A DNA stretch of 64,000 nt from Candidatus Kutchimonas denitrificans (GCA_011774835.1 JAACAK010000067.1:24169-88168), one strand, 5' to 3'. Shown: positions 8,658 to 21,445, numbered from the stretch's first letter. Notes: generated by a model from the letters alone, not told the origin. A program made the numbers and translations.

Positions 8658-9193
8658 GCGACGGGTTGCATCCAGCCGTCGTCAGCGCGCAGCCGTCGCA
8701 GCGCGATGAGAAGAATCCCGACGCCCCCCTCTTCGAGGGCGAGTATCAGGATCGACTGGAGAAGATCCTGAGCCGTTATCCCTTCAAACGAGCCGCCCTG
8801 CTGCCCGTGCTGAACATGGCGCAGCAGGTGAGGGGCTGGATTTCGCCGGATACGATCAAGCGGGTGGCCGAGATCCTCGAGCTTTCGCCGGCCTACGTGA
8901 GATCGGTGGCGTCGTTCTATACCATGTTCCAGCTGCGGCCGGCTGGCAAATACCTGATCCAGGTGTGCACAGGGATCGGCTGCGACCTCTGCGGCGCCGA
9001 GGACGTCGTCGAGGGCCTGCTGAAAGCGACGGGAACGCGGATCGGCGAGACGTCGGCGGACGGCAAGTACACGGTGGTGGAGGTCGAGTGCCTCGCCGGC
9101 TGCGGCTTCCCGACCATGGTTCAGATCAACGACAGGATGTACGAGAACGTGAAGGCCGAGGACGTTGAGGGCCTGCTGAAGGAACTGGACTGA
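8654..9193 (+). CDS. nuoE: NADH-quinone oxidoreductase subunit E
   Basis: VASFYTMF, QVCTGIGCDLCG, ECLAGC (2Fe-2S). Confidence 0.95.
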   Translation: MSDGLHPAVVSAQPSQRDEKNPDAPLFEGEYQDRLEKILSRYPFKRAALLPVLNMAQQVRGWISPDTIKRVAEILELSPAYVRSVASFYTMFQLRPAGKYLIQVCTGIGCDLCGAEDVVEGLLKATGTRIGETSADGKYTVVEVECLAGCGFPTMVQINDRMYENVKAEDVEGLLKELD

Positions 9194-9196
9194 GCG

Positions 9197-10486
9197 ATGG
9201 CCTACCCTCACGCGCATCCGCGCGAGGTCCGGCTCCTATCGAAGTACTTCGGTGACGAGGACGCGATCGGCATCGAAGGGTGGGCCGAGCGCGGTGGCTA
9301 CGTGGCGCTCGAGAAGGCTCTCGAGATGGGGCCCGACGAGGTCACCGAGGTGGTCAAGGAGTCCGGGCTGCGTGGCCGGGGCGGGGCGGGGTTCCCCGCC
9401 GGCCTGAAGTGGAGCTTCATGCCCAAGGACGGCAAGCGTCCGAACTACCTCGCCTGCAACGCCGACGAGAGCGAGCCCGGCACCTTCAAGGATCGGGAGA
9501 TCATGCGCTGGACGCCGCACCAGATGATCGAAGGGATCATCATCTGCAGCTACGCCATCCGGGCGCAGCACGCCTACATCTATATCCGCGGCGAGATGGT
9601 CGACGTGGTGCGCGTGGTCAACGACGCGGTCGTCGAGGCCTATCGCAAGGGCTATCTGGGCGAGAACATCCTGGGCTCGGGCTACGACCTGGAGCTCACC
9701 GTCCACCTCGGCGCGGGCGCCTATATCGCCGGCGAGGAGACAGGTCTCCTGAGCTCGCTGGAGGGACGTCGCGCCGAGCCCAAAGTCAAGCCGCCGTTCC
9801 CGGCGCAGCGGGGCGCGTTCGGGATGCCGACCACGGTGAACAACGTGGAGACGCTGGCGGCGGTGCCGCACATCGTGGAGAACGGCGCCGATTGGTACCG
9901 CCAGTGGGGCACCGAGAAGAGCCCCGGCACGAAGCTCTTTTCGTGCTGCGGTCACCTGCAGCGTCCCGGCAACTACGAGGTTTCCCTCGACTTCAATCTG
10001 AAGGAGCTGGTCTACGATCTGTGTGGCGGGCCACCGGAAGGGCGGCAGCTGCGGGCGGTCATCCCCGGCGGCTCCTCGGTGCCCCTGATGACGGTCGACG
10101 AGATCGACTGCGACGTGAGCTACGAGGGGATCGAGGCGGCCGGCTCGCTGCAGGGCTCGGGCGGGCTCATCGCGATCGATGACTCCGCCTGCTTGCTGCG
10201 ATCGATCCGCAAGATGGTCGATTTCTACGCCCACGAGTCGTGCGGCCAGTGCACGAACTGTCGCGAGGGGACCGTCTGGCTGGCGAACATCCTGCGGCGC
10301 ATCGAGCGGGGCGATGGCCGGGAGGAGGACCTGCCGCTACTGCTCGACGTCGGCGCCAACATGGCGGGGCGGACCATCTGCCCGCTGTCGGACAGCGCGG
10401 CGGTCCCGGTGGTCAGCGGCATCCAGAAGTTCGAGGAGGAGTTCGTGGCACATATCAAGGACGGAACGTGCACGGCGGTGCGCTGA
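9197..10486 (+). CDS. nuoF: NADH-quinone oxidoreductase subunit F
   Basis: SGLRGRGGAGFPAG, NADESEPGTFKD, ESCGQCTNCREG. Confidence 0.97.
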   Translation: MAYPHAHPREVRLLSKYFGDEDAIGIEGWAERGGYVALEKALEMGPDEVTEVVKESGLRGRGGAGFPAGLKWSFMPKDGKRPNYLACNADESEPGTFKDREIMRWTPHQMIEGIIICSYAIRAQHAYIYIRGEMVDVVRVVNDAVVEAYRKGYLGENILGSGYDLELTVHLGAGAYIAGEETGLLSSLEGRRAEPKVKPPFPAQRGAFGMPTTVNNVETLAAVPHIVENGADWYRQWGTEKSPGTKLFSCCGHLQRPGNYEVSLDFNLKELVYDLCGGPPEGRQLRAVIPGGSSVPLMTVDEIDCDVSYEGIEAAGSLQGSGGLIAIDDSACLLRSIRKMVDFYAHESCGQCTNCREGTVWLANILRRIERGDGREEDLPLLLDVGANMAGRTICPLSDSAAVPVVSGIQKFEEEFVAHIKDGTCTAVR

Positions 10487-10520
10487 GGCGGCCGCCGCAT
10501 GACCGGGAAGATTGTCGCGC

Positions 10521-12104
10521 ATGAACGATGAGAAGAAACTGCTGAACGTCACGATAGACGGGGTCGAGCTCGAGGTCCCGGCGGGGACGACGATCCTCGC
10601 CGCGGCCGAACGGGTCGGTGCCGTGATCCCGCGCTACTGCTATCACCCGGGGCTCAGCGCGCCGGCGGTCTGCCGTATGTGTCTGGTCGAGGTCGAGGGC
10701 GCGCCCAAGCCGCTGGCCTCCTGCGTCCAGCCGGTACAGGACGACATGGTCGTGCACACCAACACGGCGCAGGCGCGCAAGGCGCGACGCGCCGCGGTGG
10801 AGTTCCTGCTGATGAACCACCCGCTCGACTGCCCGATCTGTGACGCGGCCGGCCAGTGCGAGCTGCAGGACTACGCGTTCGAGACGGGGCAGCTGAAGAC
10901 GCGCTACGTCGAGCCGAAGCTGGTGATGGGGCGCGACAAGGTCACGCCGGAGATCGTCTACTTCGCCGATCGCTGCATCCTCTGCACGCGCTGTGTCCGC
11001 TTCATGGACGAGATCGCCAAGGATCCGGTCCTGGTGGTGATCAACCGCGGGCAGCGGGGCTACATCGACACGATGACGGGCGAGCTGTTCGAGAACCCGT
11101 TCTCGATCAATATCGTCGACGTGTGCCCGGTGGGCGCGCTGGTGAACGAGGACTTCCTGTTCAAGGCGCGGGCCTGGGACCTGGACCAGACGGCGAGCAT
11201 CTGCCCGGGCTGCTCGCAGGGGTGCAACGTGTCGCTGGGGACCAAGGAGGAACGGATCGTCCGGGCCAAGCCGCGGTTCAACCCGGAGGTCAACTCGTAC
11301 TGGATGTGCGATCACGGGCGCAAGACGGTGATCAACTGGGGCGCCGGCGCGCGGATCGAGGTGCCCATGGCCCGCGACGGCGACGAGCTGAAGCCGGTCG
11401 ATTGGCCGCAGGCGCTGGACGCGCTGAGCGAGGCGATCGGGAATGAGCCGGGGAGGGCCCGGGCGATCGTGAGCGCCGGGGCTTCGAACGAGAGCCTGTT
11501 CACGCTGCGGCGTCTGATGGAGGAGCTCGGGTCGGACGGCGGTGTCTTCCGAGTCCCCACTGGCCCGGAGGCGGAGCTGCCCGGCTTCCCGAAGCTGAAG
11601 TTGCGCCGCGATCGGGTGCCCAACGCGAAGGGCGCCGAGCTCCTCGGCTTTCAGCGCTCGGACGCGGTCTTCGATTCGGCCCAGGGGCACCGGGGAGCTC
11701 TGTTCGTACTGGAGGACACGCTCGAGGGCGCGCCGGATGGATTCGGCACGAACGCGGAGCTCTTCGTCTACATCGGGACCCGCTTGAACCCGGCTGCCCG
11801 TTCGGCGGACATTGTCTTGCCGTCCACGACCTTCGCGGAGATGGCGGGCACCTTCACCAACTTCGAGGGGCGCGTCCAGCGCTTCGAGCAGGCGCTTCGA
11901 GGGCCGGGTCTGGCCCGACCCTGGTGGCTCACCGGGTCGGCGCTCCTCGAGCGTCTGGGGGCCGGCGGCCGCTACCGGACGGCGGCCGAGGTGTTCGCTG
12001 CTCTGGCGTCGGAGGTGAGCGAGTACGAGGGCCTGAATTACGAGGTGCTGGGTCTGAAGGGCGCCGGCGCGCCGGGATCGAGCGCCGCCGCCACCGCGGG
12101 CTGA
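10521..12104 (+). CDS. nuoG: NADH-quinone oxidoreductase subunit G (short form, ~527 aa)
   Basis: IPRYCYHP..CRMCLVE, HPLDCPICD..C, CILCTRCVR, CPGCSQGC (N7-type cluster). Confidence 0.93.
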   Translation: MNDEKKLLNVTIDGVELEVPAGTTILAAAERVGAVIPRYCYHPGLSAPAVCRMCLVEVEGAPKPLASCVQPVQDDMVVHTNTAQARKARRAAVEFLLMNHPLDCPICDAAGQCELQDYAFETGQLKTRYVEPKLVMGRDKVTPEIVYFADRCILCTRCVRFMDEIAKDPVLVVINRGQRGYIDTMTGELFENPFSINIVDVCPVGALVNEDFLFKARAWDLDQTASICPGCSQGCNVSLGTKEERIVRAKPRFNPEVNSYWMCDHGRKTVINWGAGARIEVPMARDGDELKPVDWPQALDALSEAIGNEPGRARAIVSAGASNESLFTLRRLMEELGSDGGVFRVPTGPEAELPGFPKLKLRRDRVPNAKGAELLGFQRSDAVFDSAQGHRGALFVLEDTLEGAPDGFGTNAELFVYIGTRLNPAARSADIVLPSTTFAEMAGTFTNFEGRVQRFEQALRGPGLARPWWLTGSALLERLGAGGRYRTAAEVFAALASEVSEYEGLNYEVLGLKGAGAPGSSAAATAG

Positions 12105-12120
12105 GAAACGAGGCGATAGA

Positions 12121-13383
12121 ATGGGCCCACTCTCTACCAAAGCGTTCTTGATCATCGGCGCGGCGAAGATGCTGATGATCTTCGTCGGCTGGCTGACCGC
12201 GGTGGCGGGCGTGACGCTGGCCGAGCGGAAGATCGCCGCCTGGATACAGGACCGGAGCGGACCGAACCGGGTCGGCCCGTGGGGCCTGTTCCAGCCGATC
12301 GCCGACGGGCTCAAGAACTTCCTGAAGGAAGAGGTCCGCCCGGCCGGCTCGTCGCGCTGGGTCTTCTACCTGGCGCCGGTCATCTCGATGTTCCCGGCCA
12401 TGGTCGTGTTCGCCGTGATCCCCATCGCCGCGCCGCTGCCGACCCGCTGGGGGACCGTGAACATGATCGTGGCCGATCTGCCCATCGGGATCCTCTACAT
12501 ACTGGCCATCGCGTCGCTGGGCGTTTACGGCCTGGTGCTCGGCGGCTGGTCGTCCAACAGCAAGTACTCGTTCCTGGGCGGCGTGCGGGCTTCGGCCCAG
12601 ATGATCAGCTACGAGGTCGCCCTGGGCCTGAGCCTGGTGCCGATCCTGATGGTCGCGGGCAACGTCACGCTGCCGCAGCTGGTGAGCCAGCAGCAGGACG
12701 CGCTCTGGTACATCCTGCCGCTCATGGTGGGGTACCTGTTCCTGACCGCGTCGTACTTCGCCGAGACGAACCGGCTGCCGTTCGACATGCCGGAGGCGGA
12801 GTCCGAGCTGGTCGCCGGCTTCCACACCGAGTACTCGGCGATGAAGTTCGCCATGTTCATGCTGGCCGAGTACGCCAACATGGTCACCGCTGCGGCGCTC
12901 ATGGCCACGCTGTTCTTCGGCGGCTGGGACATCCCGTTCTGGTCGGGCGACAACATGACCCTGGCGGCCGACGGCTCGGTCGCCGGCGCGGCGCCGGCCT
13001 GGTGGAAGACGACCCTGACCGGCCTCTGCTTCGCCGCGAAGACCGGGTTCTTCATCCTGGTCTTCATCTGGGTGCGCTGGACCGTTCCGCGCTTCCGTTA
13101 CGACCAGGTCATGTCGCTGGGCTGGAAAGTTCTGATCCCGATGGAGGTCGTGTACGTCGCGCTGCTGGGCGGGGCGATGCTGTATCTCGATTACCTGGGG
13201 ATCCCATTCGGCACCCGGTACGCCCTCTATCTGACGGCGCTCAACGTGGTCCTGATGCTGGTCATCGTGTTCGTGGTGGACCGGAATCGTATCATCCTGG
13301 GTGCCGGCTGGAGACAGACGAGACCGCAACGAGTGAAATCGGAGTGGATAGAATATGCCGATAGGCGTCAAGACAGTCGATAG
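12121..13383 (+). CDS. nuoH: NADH-quinone oxidoreductase subunit H
   Basis: ERKIAAWIQDRSGPNRVG, AQMISYE, AETNRLPFDMPEAESELVAG, PRFRYDQ. Confidence 0.96.
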   Translation: MGPLSTKAFLIIGAAKMLMIFVGWLTAVAGVTLAERKIAAWIQDRSGPNRVGPWGLFQPIADGLKNFLKEEVRPAGSSRWVFYLAPVISMFPAMVVFAVIPIAAPLPTRWGTVNMIVADLPIGILYILAIASLGVYGLVLGGWSSNSKYSFLGGVRASAQMISYEVALGLSLVPILMVAGNVTLPQLVSQQQDALWYILPLMVGYLFLTASYFAETNRLPFDMPEAESELVAGFHTEYSAMKFAMFMLAEYANMVTAAALMATLFFGGWDIPFWSGDNMTLAADGSVAGAAPAWWKTTLTGLCFAAKTGFFILVFIWVRWTVPRFRYDQVMSLGWKVLIPMEVVYVALLGGAMLYLDYLGIPFGTRYALYLTALNVVLMLVIVFVVDRNRIILGAGWRQTRPQRVKSEWIEYADRRQDSR

Positions 13384-13852
13384 ACCGGAAGTCGAATCTT
13401 CGTACCTGCGGGCCACGCTCAAGGGGATGGCTCTGACCTTCAAACACCTGGTCCGGCCGGTGACCGCCTCCCAGCAGTATCCCGAGGAGAAATACGAGGT
13501 CTCCCCCCGTTGGCGCGGAACCCATCGGATGGCGGTCCACGTGGACGGGCGCGCGAAGTGCGTCGCCTGCGGCCTCTGCCCGACGGTCTGCCCGGCGAAC
13601 TGCATCAAGCTGATCCCGGCCGAGGACGAGAACGGCGAGCGGTACGCGGCGGTCTACGAGATCGACGAGTTCCGCTGCATCTTCTGCGGCTACTGCCAGG
13701 AGGTGTGCCCGGTCGAGGCGATACACGTCGGAGTTCACTACGAGAACGCCGAATACAGCCGCGAGCGGTTCGTCTACGACCTCGAGCGGCTTTGTGCCCA
13801 GAAGCACCCCTTCACCCAACTCTGGGATCCGGAGGACCCGGCTTCCGAATAG
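13355..13852 (+). CDS. nuoI: NADH-quinone oxidoreductase subunit I
   Basis: CVACGLCPTVCP and CIFCGYCQEVCP ferredoxin motifs. Confidence 0.96.
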   Translation: MPIGVKTVDRPEVESSYLRATLKGMALTFKHLVRPVTASQQYPEEKYEVSPRWRGTHRMAVHVDGRAKCVACGLCPTVCPANCIKLIPAEDENGERYAAVYEIDEFRCIFCGYCQEVCPVEAIHVGVHYENAEYSRERFVYDLERLCAQKHPFTQLWDPEDPASE

Positions 13853-13892
13853 CGAGCGTGAGCCCTAGGGAGACCGCAGAGACAGAGGGGAA

Positions 13893-14405
13893 ATGGACTT
13901 TACTCAGCTGATCTTTTATGTGGCCGCCGGCCTGGCCGTGGTCAGCAGCCTTCTGATGATCACGCGCAAGAATCCGGTCTTCAGCGCCATGTTCCTGATC
14001 GTCGCACTCTTCTCGATCGCCACGATCTTCGTGCTGCTGGGAGCCCACTTCCTGGCCGCGCTGCAGGTGATCGTCTACGCCGGCGCGATCATGGTGCTGT
14101 TCCTGTTCGTCATCATGCTGCTCAACCTGGGTCATGATTTCGAGCCCGACATACGCGGGCGTCTGGGATGGGCGTTCATGGGCGGTCTCGGCCTGGTCCT
14201 GTTCGCCGAGATCCTGACCGCGGTGCAGGGCGCCCCCGGGGATGCGGGGGGTGACGTGTTGACGCCCTGGTTCGAGGCCAAGGGCGTGGTCGCCGGCGTG
14301 GCGGAGCCGCTGTTCCGCGACTACGCGGTGGCGGTCGAGATCACCGGCGTGCTCCTGTTGGTGGCGATGGTCGGTGCCGTGGTCATCGCCAGGAGGGAGG
14401 CCTGA
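13893..14405 (+). CDS. nuoJ: NADH-quinone oxidoreductase subunit J
   Basis: [26 protein letters not shown]. Confidence 0.95.
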   Translation: MDFTQLIFYVAAGLAVVSSLLMITRKNPVFSAMFLIVALFSIATIFVLLGAHFLAALQVIVYAGAIMVLFLFVIMLLNLGHDFEPDIRGRLGWAFMGGLGLVLFAEILTAVQGAPGDAGGDVLTPWFEAKGVVAGVAEPLFRDYAVAVEITGVLLLVAMVGAVVIARREA

Positions 14406-14409
14406 CGAC

Positions 14410-14696
14410 ATGGTCACCGAAGCCCTGATCCTCAGCGGCCTGTTGTTCACGATCGGTGCGGCCGGCGTGCTGATCCGCCGCAACGCGATCGTCATGTTCA
14501 TGTGCATCGAGCTCATGCTCAACGCCGTGAACCTCTCGTTCATCGCCATCTCCCGACAGGTGGGAGTTTCGGCGCAGCTGTTCGTGATCTTCGTCATGAC
14601 CGTGGCGGCGGCCGAAGCGGCGGTCGGGCTGGCCATCATCATCTCGATCTTCCGTCATTACAGCTCGGTTGACGTCAGGAACTTCAGGTTACTGAG

Positions 14697-14703
<7 letters not shown>
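14410..14703 (+). CDS. nuoK: NADH-quinone oxidoreductase subunit K
   Basis: [25 protein letters not shown] 14410 after GGAGG. Confidence 0.95.
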
Positions 14704-16772
<2,069 letters not shown>

Positions 16773-16788
16773 GGACTGGTTCGGGAAG

Positions 16789-18363
16789 ATGTCCTTTCTA
16801 AATGACCTGTACAGCGGGCCCTGGATCGTAACGTTCCTGGTCTTCTTCCCCGGGATCGCCGGCCTCGCCTGCCTGTTCATCCCCCGCGGGTGGCTGAAGC
16901 GGTTCGCTTTTAGCGCGGGGTTGATCGAGTTCCTGGTCTCGCTGCCGATGTTCTGGACGTTCGGGATCGGCCGGATCGAATACCAGAACTACGTCTCGAT
17001 CCCCTGGATTCCCGATTGGGGCATCTCCTACGCCATCGGGGTCGATGGGATCTCCATTCTGCTGTTCCTGCTGACGACGTTCCTGCTGCCGATCTCGGTG
17101 CTGGTCTCGTGGGAACAGATCGACAAGCGCGAGCGGGCCTACTACGCGATGCTGTTGGTTCTGGTCACCGGGATCCTCGGCGTCTTCGTCGCGCTCGACC
17201 TGTTCCTCTTCTACGTGTTCTGGGAGGTCATGCTGGTCCCGATGTACTTCCTGATCGGGGTCTGGGGGCACGAGCGGCGGATCTACGCCGCGGTGAAGTT
17301 CTTCCTGTTCACGGCCTTCGGGTCGCTGCTCATGCTGGTCGCGATCCTGGTCCTGTTCTGGCTGCACCTCGATCAGTTCGGGGTGGCCAGCATGGCCTAC
17401 CCCGCGATGTTGCGGCTCGACATACCGGGCGGCCTCGAGTTCTGGTTGTTCGTGGCCTTCGCGTTGGCGTTCGCGATCAAGGTGCCGATGTTCCCGTTCC
17501 ACACCTGGCTGCCCGACGCGCACGTCGAGGCGCCGACGGCCGGCTCGGTCATCCTGGCGGCGGTCCTGCTGAAGATGGGCGTCTACGGGTTCCTGCGGTT
17601 CGCGATCCCGCTGTTTCCCAACGCGGCGCTCGACCCACGGGTCGTGATGACGATGCTGGTTCTGGGCTTGATCGGAATCACATACGCGGCGTGGGTGGCG
17701 GCCATGCAGCCTAACTTGAAAAAGTTGATCGCGTACACCTCGGTCGCCCACCTCGGTTTCGTGATGGTGGGCACCTTCGCGTTCACCGGGACGTCGGTCG
17801 CCGGCGGCGTGCTCCAGATGGTGAACCACGGCGTCTCGACCGGTGCCCTGTTCATCCTGGCCGGCTTCCTCTACCAGCGGCGGCACACTTACGAGATCGC
17901 GCAGTACGGAGGGCTGGCGAAGGTGATCCCGGTCTTCTGTTTCGCGCTGGTCCTGACGGCGCTGGCGTCCATCGGGTTGCCTGGGCTGAACGGATTCGTC
18001 GGCGAGTTCCTGATCCTGGTTGGCAGCTTCCTCAGATACCCGTGGGTCACCCTGGTGGCGGCGACGGGAGTGATCTTCGCCGCCTATTACATGTTGCCGA
18101 TGATCCGGCGCGTCGTTTGGAACGATCTAACGGTCGAAGAGAACCGCAGTCTGATCGACCTGTCACGGCTCGAGCTGGCGATCATCGTGCCGCTCCTGCT
18201 CATGATGGTGCTGATGGGGGTCTACCCGAAGCCGTTCATCGACCGGGTCGCGGCGTCGGCCAACTGGTTGAGCGAGCGTGTCGAGTTGACGATTCAGGCT
18301 GACACCGCCGATGACGCGCTCGCCGCCGCGGAGGTGCTGGAGAGGTCACCGCGAACCCCATGA
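16789..18363 (+). CDS. nuoM: NADH-quinone oxidoreductase subunit M
   Basis: FYVFWEVML, IKVPMFPFHTWLPDAHVEAPT, GLPGLNGFVGE. Confidence 0.97.
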   Translation: MSFLNDLYSGPWIVTFLVFFPGIAGLACLFIPRGWLKRFAFSAGLIEFLVSLPMFWTFGIGRIEYQNYVSIPWIPDWGISYAIGVDGISILLFLLTTFLLPISVLVSWEQIDKRERAYYAMLLVLVTGILGVFVALDLFLFYVFWEVMLVPMYFLIGVWGHERRIYAAVKFFLFTAFGSLLMLVAILVLFWLHLDQFGVASMAYPAMLRLDIPGGLEFWLFVAFALAFAIKVPMFPFHTWLPDAHVEAPTAGSVILAAVLLKMGVYGFLRFAIPLFPNAALDPRVVMTMLVLGLIGITYAAWVAAMQPNLKKLIAYTSVAHLGFVMVGTFAFTGTSVAGGVLQMVNHGVSTGALFILAGFLYQRRHTYEIAQYGGLAKVIPVFCFALVLTALASIGLPGLNGFVGEFLILVGSFLRYPWVTLVAATGVIFAAYYMLPMIRRVVWNDLTVEENRSLIDLSRLELAIIVPLLLMMVLMGVYPKPFIDRVAASANWLSERVELTIQADTADDALAAAEVLERSPRTP

Positions 18364-19877
18364 ATACCGCGATGCACTTAGAGTTCACGAGTCAACTCGA
18401 TTACCTGTGGGCGCTGATGCCGGAAGCGGTTCTGGCGACCGGGGCGCTCATCCTGCTGCTGTATGACGGCTTCTTCGGCGGCGATTCGTCGGACAACCGG
18501 GCGGTGGGCTGGGGGAGCATGGTGATCATAGCGCTGGCCGCCGTGGCCAACGTGTGGCTGATGGGTGTGGAGGAAGTCGGCGACACCGGGATGGTCGCGC
18601 TCGATGGGTTCCGGACGTTCACGAACTTCATCTTCCTCGCCGCGGGGGCGCTGATCGTCCTGATCAGCTTCGACTACAACCGGCGCGAGGATATCAAGGA
18701 CGCCGAGTACTACGCTCTGCTGCTCTTCGCCCTGGTCGGCATGATGATCCTGGCAGGAAGCCGTGACCTGATCCTGATCTTCCTCGGGTTCGAGCTGATG
18801 TCGCTGGCCGTGTATGTGCTGGTGGGGTTCAACCGCAAAGATCCGAGGTCGTCGGAGGCATCGCTGAAGTACTTCCTGCTGGGCGCCTTCGCCAGCGCCT
18901 TCCTGCTCTACGGCATGGCGCTGCTGGTGGGCAGCGCCGGCACGACGAACATCGGGCTCATGGGGGTCATGCTGAACGCGGAGTCGGCGGAGTTGCTGAC
19001 GGTGATGGCGTTAGCGCTGCTGGCGATCGGCTTCGGGTTCAAGGTCTCGGCCGTCCCGTTCCACGTCTGGACCCCGGACGCCTACGAGGGCGCACCGACG
19101 CCGGTGACGGCCTTCCTGGGCGCCGCCATCAAGGGCGCCGCGTTCGCCGCGTTCATACGCATCTTCGTCCTCGGACTGGGTGACTTCCATGCCCAGTGGG
19201 AAGCGATCATCTGGTGGTTCGCGGCCTTGACGATGATCGTTCCGAACCTGATCGCGCTGGTCCAGAACAACATCAAGCGCCTGCTCGCCTACAGCTCGAT
19301 CGCCCACGCGGGTTATCTGCTGGTCGCGCTGATCGCCGCCAACACTTCGGGGATGGCGTCGTTCCTGTTCTATCTCATCGCATACACGGCGATGATCGTG
19401 GGCGCCTTCGCGATCGTGCTGGTGTTGGCGGGGAGGGGCGACCGTTATCAGCAGCTGTCCGACTACGACGGGCTCGGCTGGAGCCGGCCATGGGCCGCGG
19501 CGCTGCTGGCTCTGTTCCTCGTTTCGCTTGCCGGGTTGCCGCCGACGGCGGGGTTCGTGGGCAAGTTCTACATCTTGAGAGCGGCCGTCGAGGCCGGCTA
19601 CCTGAATCTGGCGATCCTGCTGGTGCTGACCACACTCGTATCGTACTGGTACTATCTGCGAGTGATCGTCAACATGTACATGAAGCCGTCGGCAGAGGCG
19701 CGTGAAGGCGTGGCCTGGGCGGCCTCGCTCCGGACCGTGCTCGCCGTTTGCGCGATCATCACCGTTCTGATGGGGATTTTCCCGTCCTGGCCACTGCTCA
19801 AGGCACGGCAAAGCGTGGCCGGACTGCGGCAGGCCACCGAGCAGGTCGTCGAGACCGACCCTCTGACGCGACGGTAG
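18360..19877 (+). CDS. nuoN: NADH-quinone oxidoreductase subunit N
   Basis: SSEASLKYFLLG, FKVSAVPFHVWTPDAYEGAPT, AGLPPTAGFVGKF. Confidence 0.97.
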   Translation: MNTAMHLEFTSQLDYLWALMPEAVLATGALILLLYDGFFGGDSSDNRAVGWGSMVIIALAAVANVWLMGVEEVGDTGMVALDGFRTFTNFIFLAAGALIVLISFDYNRREDIKDAEYYALLLFALVGMMILAGSRDLILIFLGFELMSLAVYVLVGFNRKDPRSSEASLKYFLLGAFASAFLLYGMALLVGSAGTTNIGLMGVMLNAESAELLTVMALALLAIGFGFKVSAVPFHVWTPDAYEGAPTPVTAFLGAAIKGAAFAAFIRIFVLGLGDFHAQWEAIIWWFAALTMIVPNLIALVQNNIKRLLAYSSIAHAGYLLVALIAANTSGMASFLFYLIAYTAMIVGAFAIVLVLAGRGDRYQQLSDYDGLGWSRPWAAALLALFLVSLAGLPPTAGFVGKFYILRAAVEAGYLNLAILLVLTTLVSYWYYLRVIVNMYMKPSAEAREGVAWAASLRTVLAVCAIITVLMGIFPSWPLLKARQSVAGLRQATEQVVETDPLTRR

Positions 19878-19930
19878 CGAACTTTCCGAACAGGAGGACG
19901 TGAGCGTCCCGCATGGGCGGAGGGTGAATT

Positions 19931-21301
19931 ATGTCGAGCGTCGGGCACCACATATTTCGCGAGTACGACGTCAGGGGCGTCGTTGACGAGGATCTGACAG
20001 CGGAGCTGGCGGAGCGGCTGGGGCGGGCCTACGGCAGCGAGGTCCGCGATATGCTGGGGACCGGAGCTCCGCACGTTGCCCTCGGCTACGATAACCGACT
20101 CAGTTCGGAGGACCTGGCGGAGGCGTTCGCGTCCGGCCTGAGCGCCAGCGGCGCCCGGGTGTCCGCCGTGGGTTGCGTGCCGACGCCCGCCCTCTACTTC
20201 GCCGTTCACCATCTGGGGTGCGAGGCGGGGATCCAGGTCACCGGCTCGCACAACCCGCCCGAGTATAACGGTTTCAAGATGCTGACCTCCCGCGGGCCGT
20301 TCTACGGACCGGCGATACAGCGGCTCAGGGAGAGGATCGAAGGGGAGAACTTCGCGAGGGGCGAAGGGGGAGTCGAGACCGTCCCGATCCTGAGCCAGTA
20401 CGTTGATGACGTGGCCGGCCGCTTCGAGCTGGCCCGGCCGGTAGACGTGGTGATCGACTGCGGAAACGGCACCGGCAGCTTGGTCGCGACCCAACTGCTG
20501 GAGCGTATCGGGGCGAGGGTCGATGCCCTGTACTGCGACTCGGACGGTACGTTCCCCAACCACCATCCGGACCCCACGGTCGACGAGAACCTGGCGGACC
20601 TGATCGACCGTGTGCAGACATCTGAGGCCGCGCTGGGGATCGCGCTGGACGGGGACGCGGATCGGATCGGCGCCGTGGACGAGAGGGGCGCGATCGTACG
20701 AGGTGACTATCTGCTGTTGGTCTACGCGCTGGACGCGTTGAAGGGCGCGCCGGGCGCACAGGTCATCTTCGATGTGAAGTGCTCGCAAGTGCTCGCGGAC
20801 AGCATAACGGAAGCGGGTGGGCGCCCGATCATGTGGAAGACCGGACACTCGTTGATCAAGGAGAAGATGCGCGAGAGCGGGGCTCGCATCGCCGGTGAGA
20901 TGAGCGGGCACATGTTCTTCGCCGACGACTACTACGGCTACGATGACGCGCTGTACTCGGCCTGTCGACTGGTGGATATCGTCGCCCGCGCGGACGATGG
21001 CCTCTCCAGCCTGCTCAGCGAGATCCCGACCCTCGCTTCCACGCCCGAGATCCGCGTCGAATGCGATGAAGACCAGAAGTTCGAGATCGTTGCCCGAGCC
21101 GTCGAGTACTTCAAGCGCCGGTACGATGTCATCGACGTCGACGGCGCGCGAATCGAGATGGAAGGCGGCTGGGCCCTGATTCGGTCGAGCAACACGCAGC
21201 CGATCATCGTGCTCCGATTCGAGGCCGAGAACGAGGAGCGGCTGGCGGAGATCCGGCAGGAGGTCGCGGACTGGCTGGCCGACCAGGGTGTGGAAATCTG
21301 A
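19931..21301 (+). CDS. Phosphomannomutase/phosphoglucomutase (AlgC-type)
   Basis: IFREYDVRG, TGSHNPPEYNG, DGDADR, GEMSGH, RSSNTQP. Confidence 0.95.
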   Translation: MSSVGHHIFREYDVRGVVDEDLTAELAERLGRAYGSEVRDMLGTGAPHVALGYDNRLSSEDLAEAFASGLSASGARVSAVGCVPTPALYFAVHHLGCEAGIQVTGSHNPPEYNGFKMLTSRGPFYGPAIQRLRERIEGENFARGEGGVETVPILSQYVDDVAGRFELARPVDVVIDCGNGTGSLVATQLLERIGARVDALYCDSDGTFPNHHPDPTVDENLADLIDRVQTSEAALGIALDGDADRIGAVDERGAIVRGDYLLLVYALDALKGAPGAQVIFDVKCSQVLADSITEAGGRPIMWKTGHSLIKEKMRESGARIAGEMSGHMFFADDYYGYDDALYSACRLVDIVARADDGLSSLLSEIPTLASTPEIRVECDEDQKFEIVARAVEYFKRRYDVIDVDGARIEMEGGWALIRSSNTQPIIVLRFEAENEERLAEIRQEVADWLADQGVEI

Positions 21302-21341
21302 CGAGAAGCGCCGTGGCCCCCGGGGTTGCCAGAATACACAC

Positions 21342-21367
21342 AACGGGACAGGGCCGCCTGTCCCGTT
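21342..21367. terminator. Stem-loop after the nuo-pmm unit (weak U-tract)
   Basis: AACGGGACAGG-GCCG-CCTGTCCCGTT perfect 11-bp stem. Confidence 0.55.
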
Positions 21368-21371
21368 CCGG

Positions 21372-21401
21372 TTGCGACCGCGGCCGCGGTCCGGGTATCA
21401 T
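21372..21401 (+). promoter_or_regulatory. Putative sigma70 promoter for sucCD with a palindromic spacer
   Basis: TTGCGA-18 nt-TATCAT; perfect palindrome GACCGCGGCCGCGGTC at 21376-21391. Confidence 0.45.
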
Positions 21402-21445
21402 AGCCCACGCTCCAGCCGTCATCGCGTTCAGGGAACGGCCCATCG

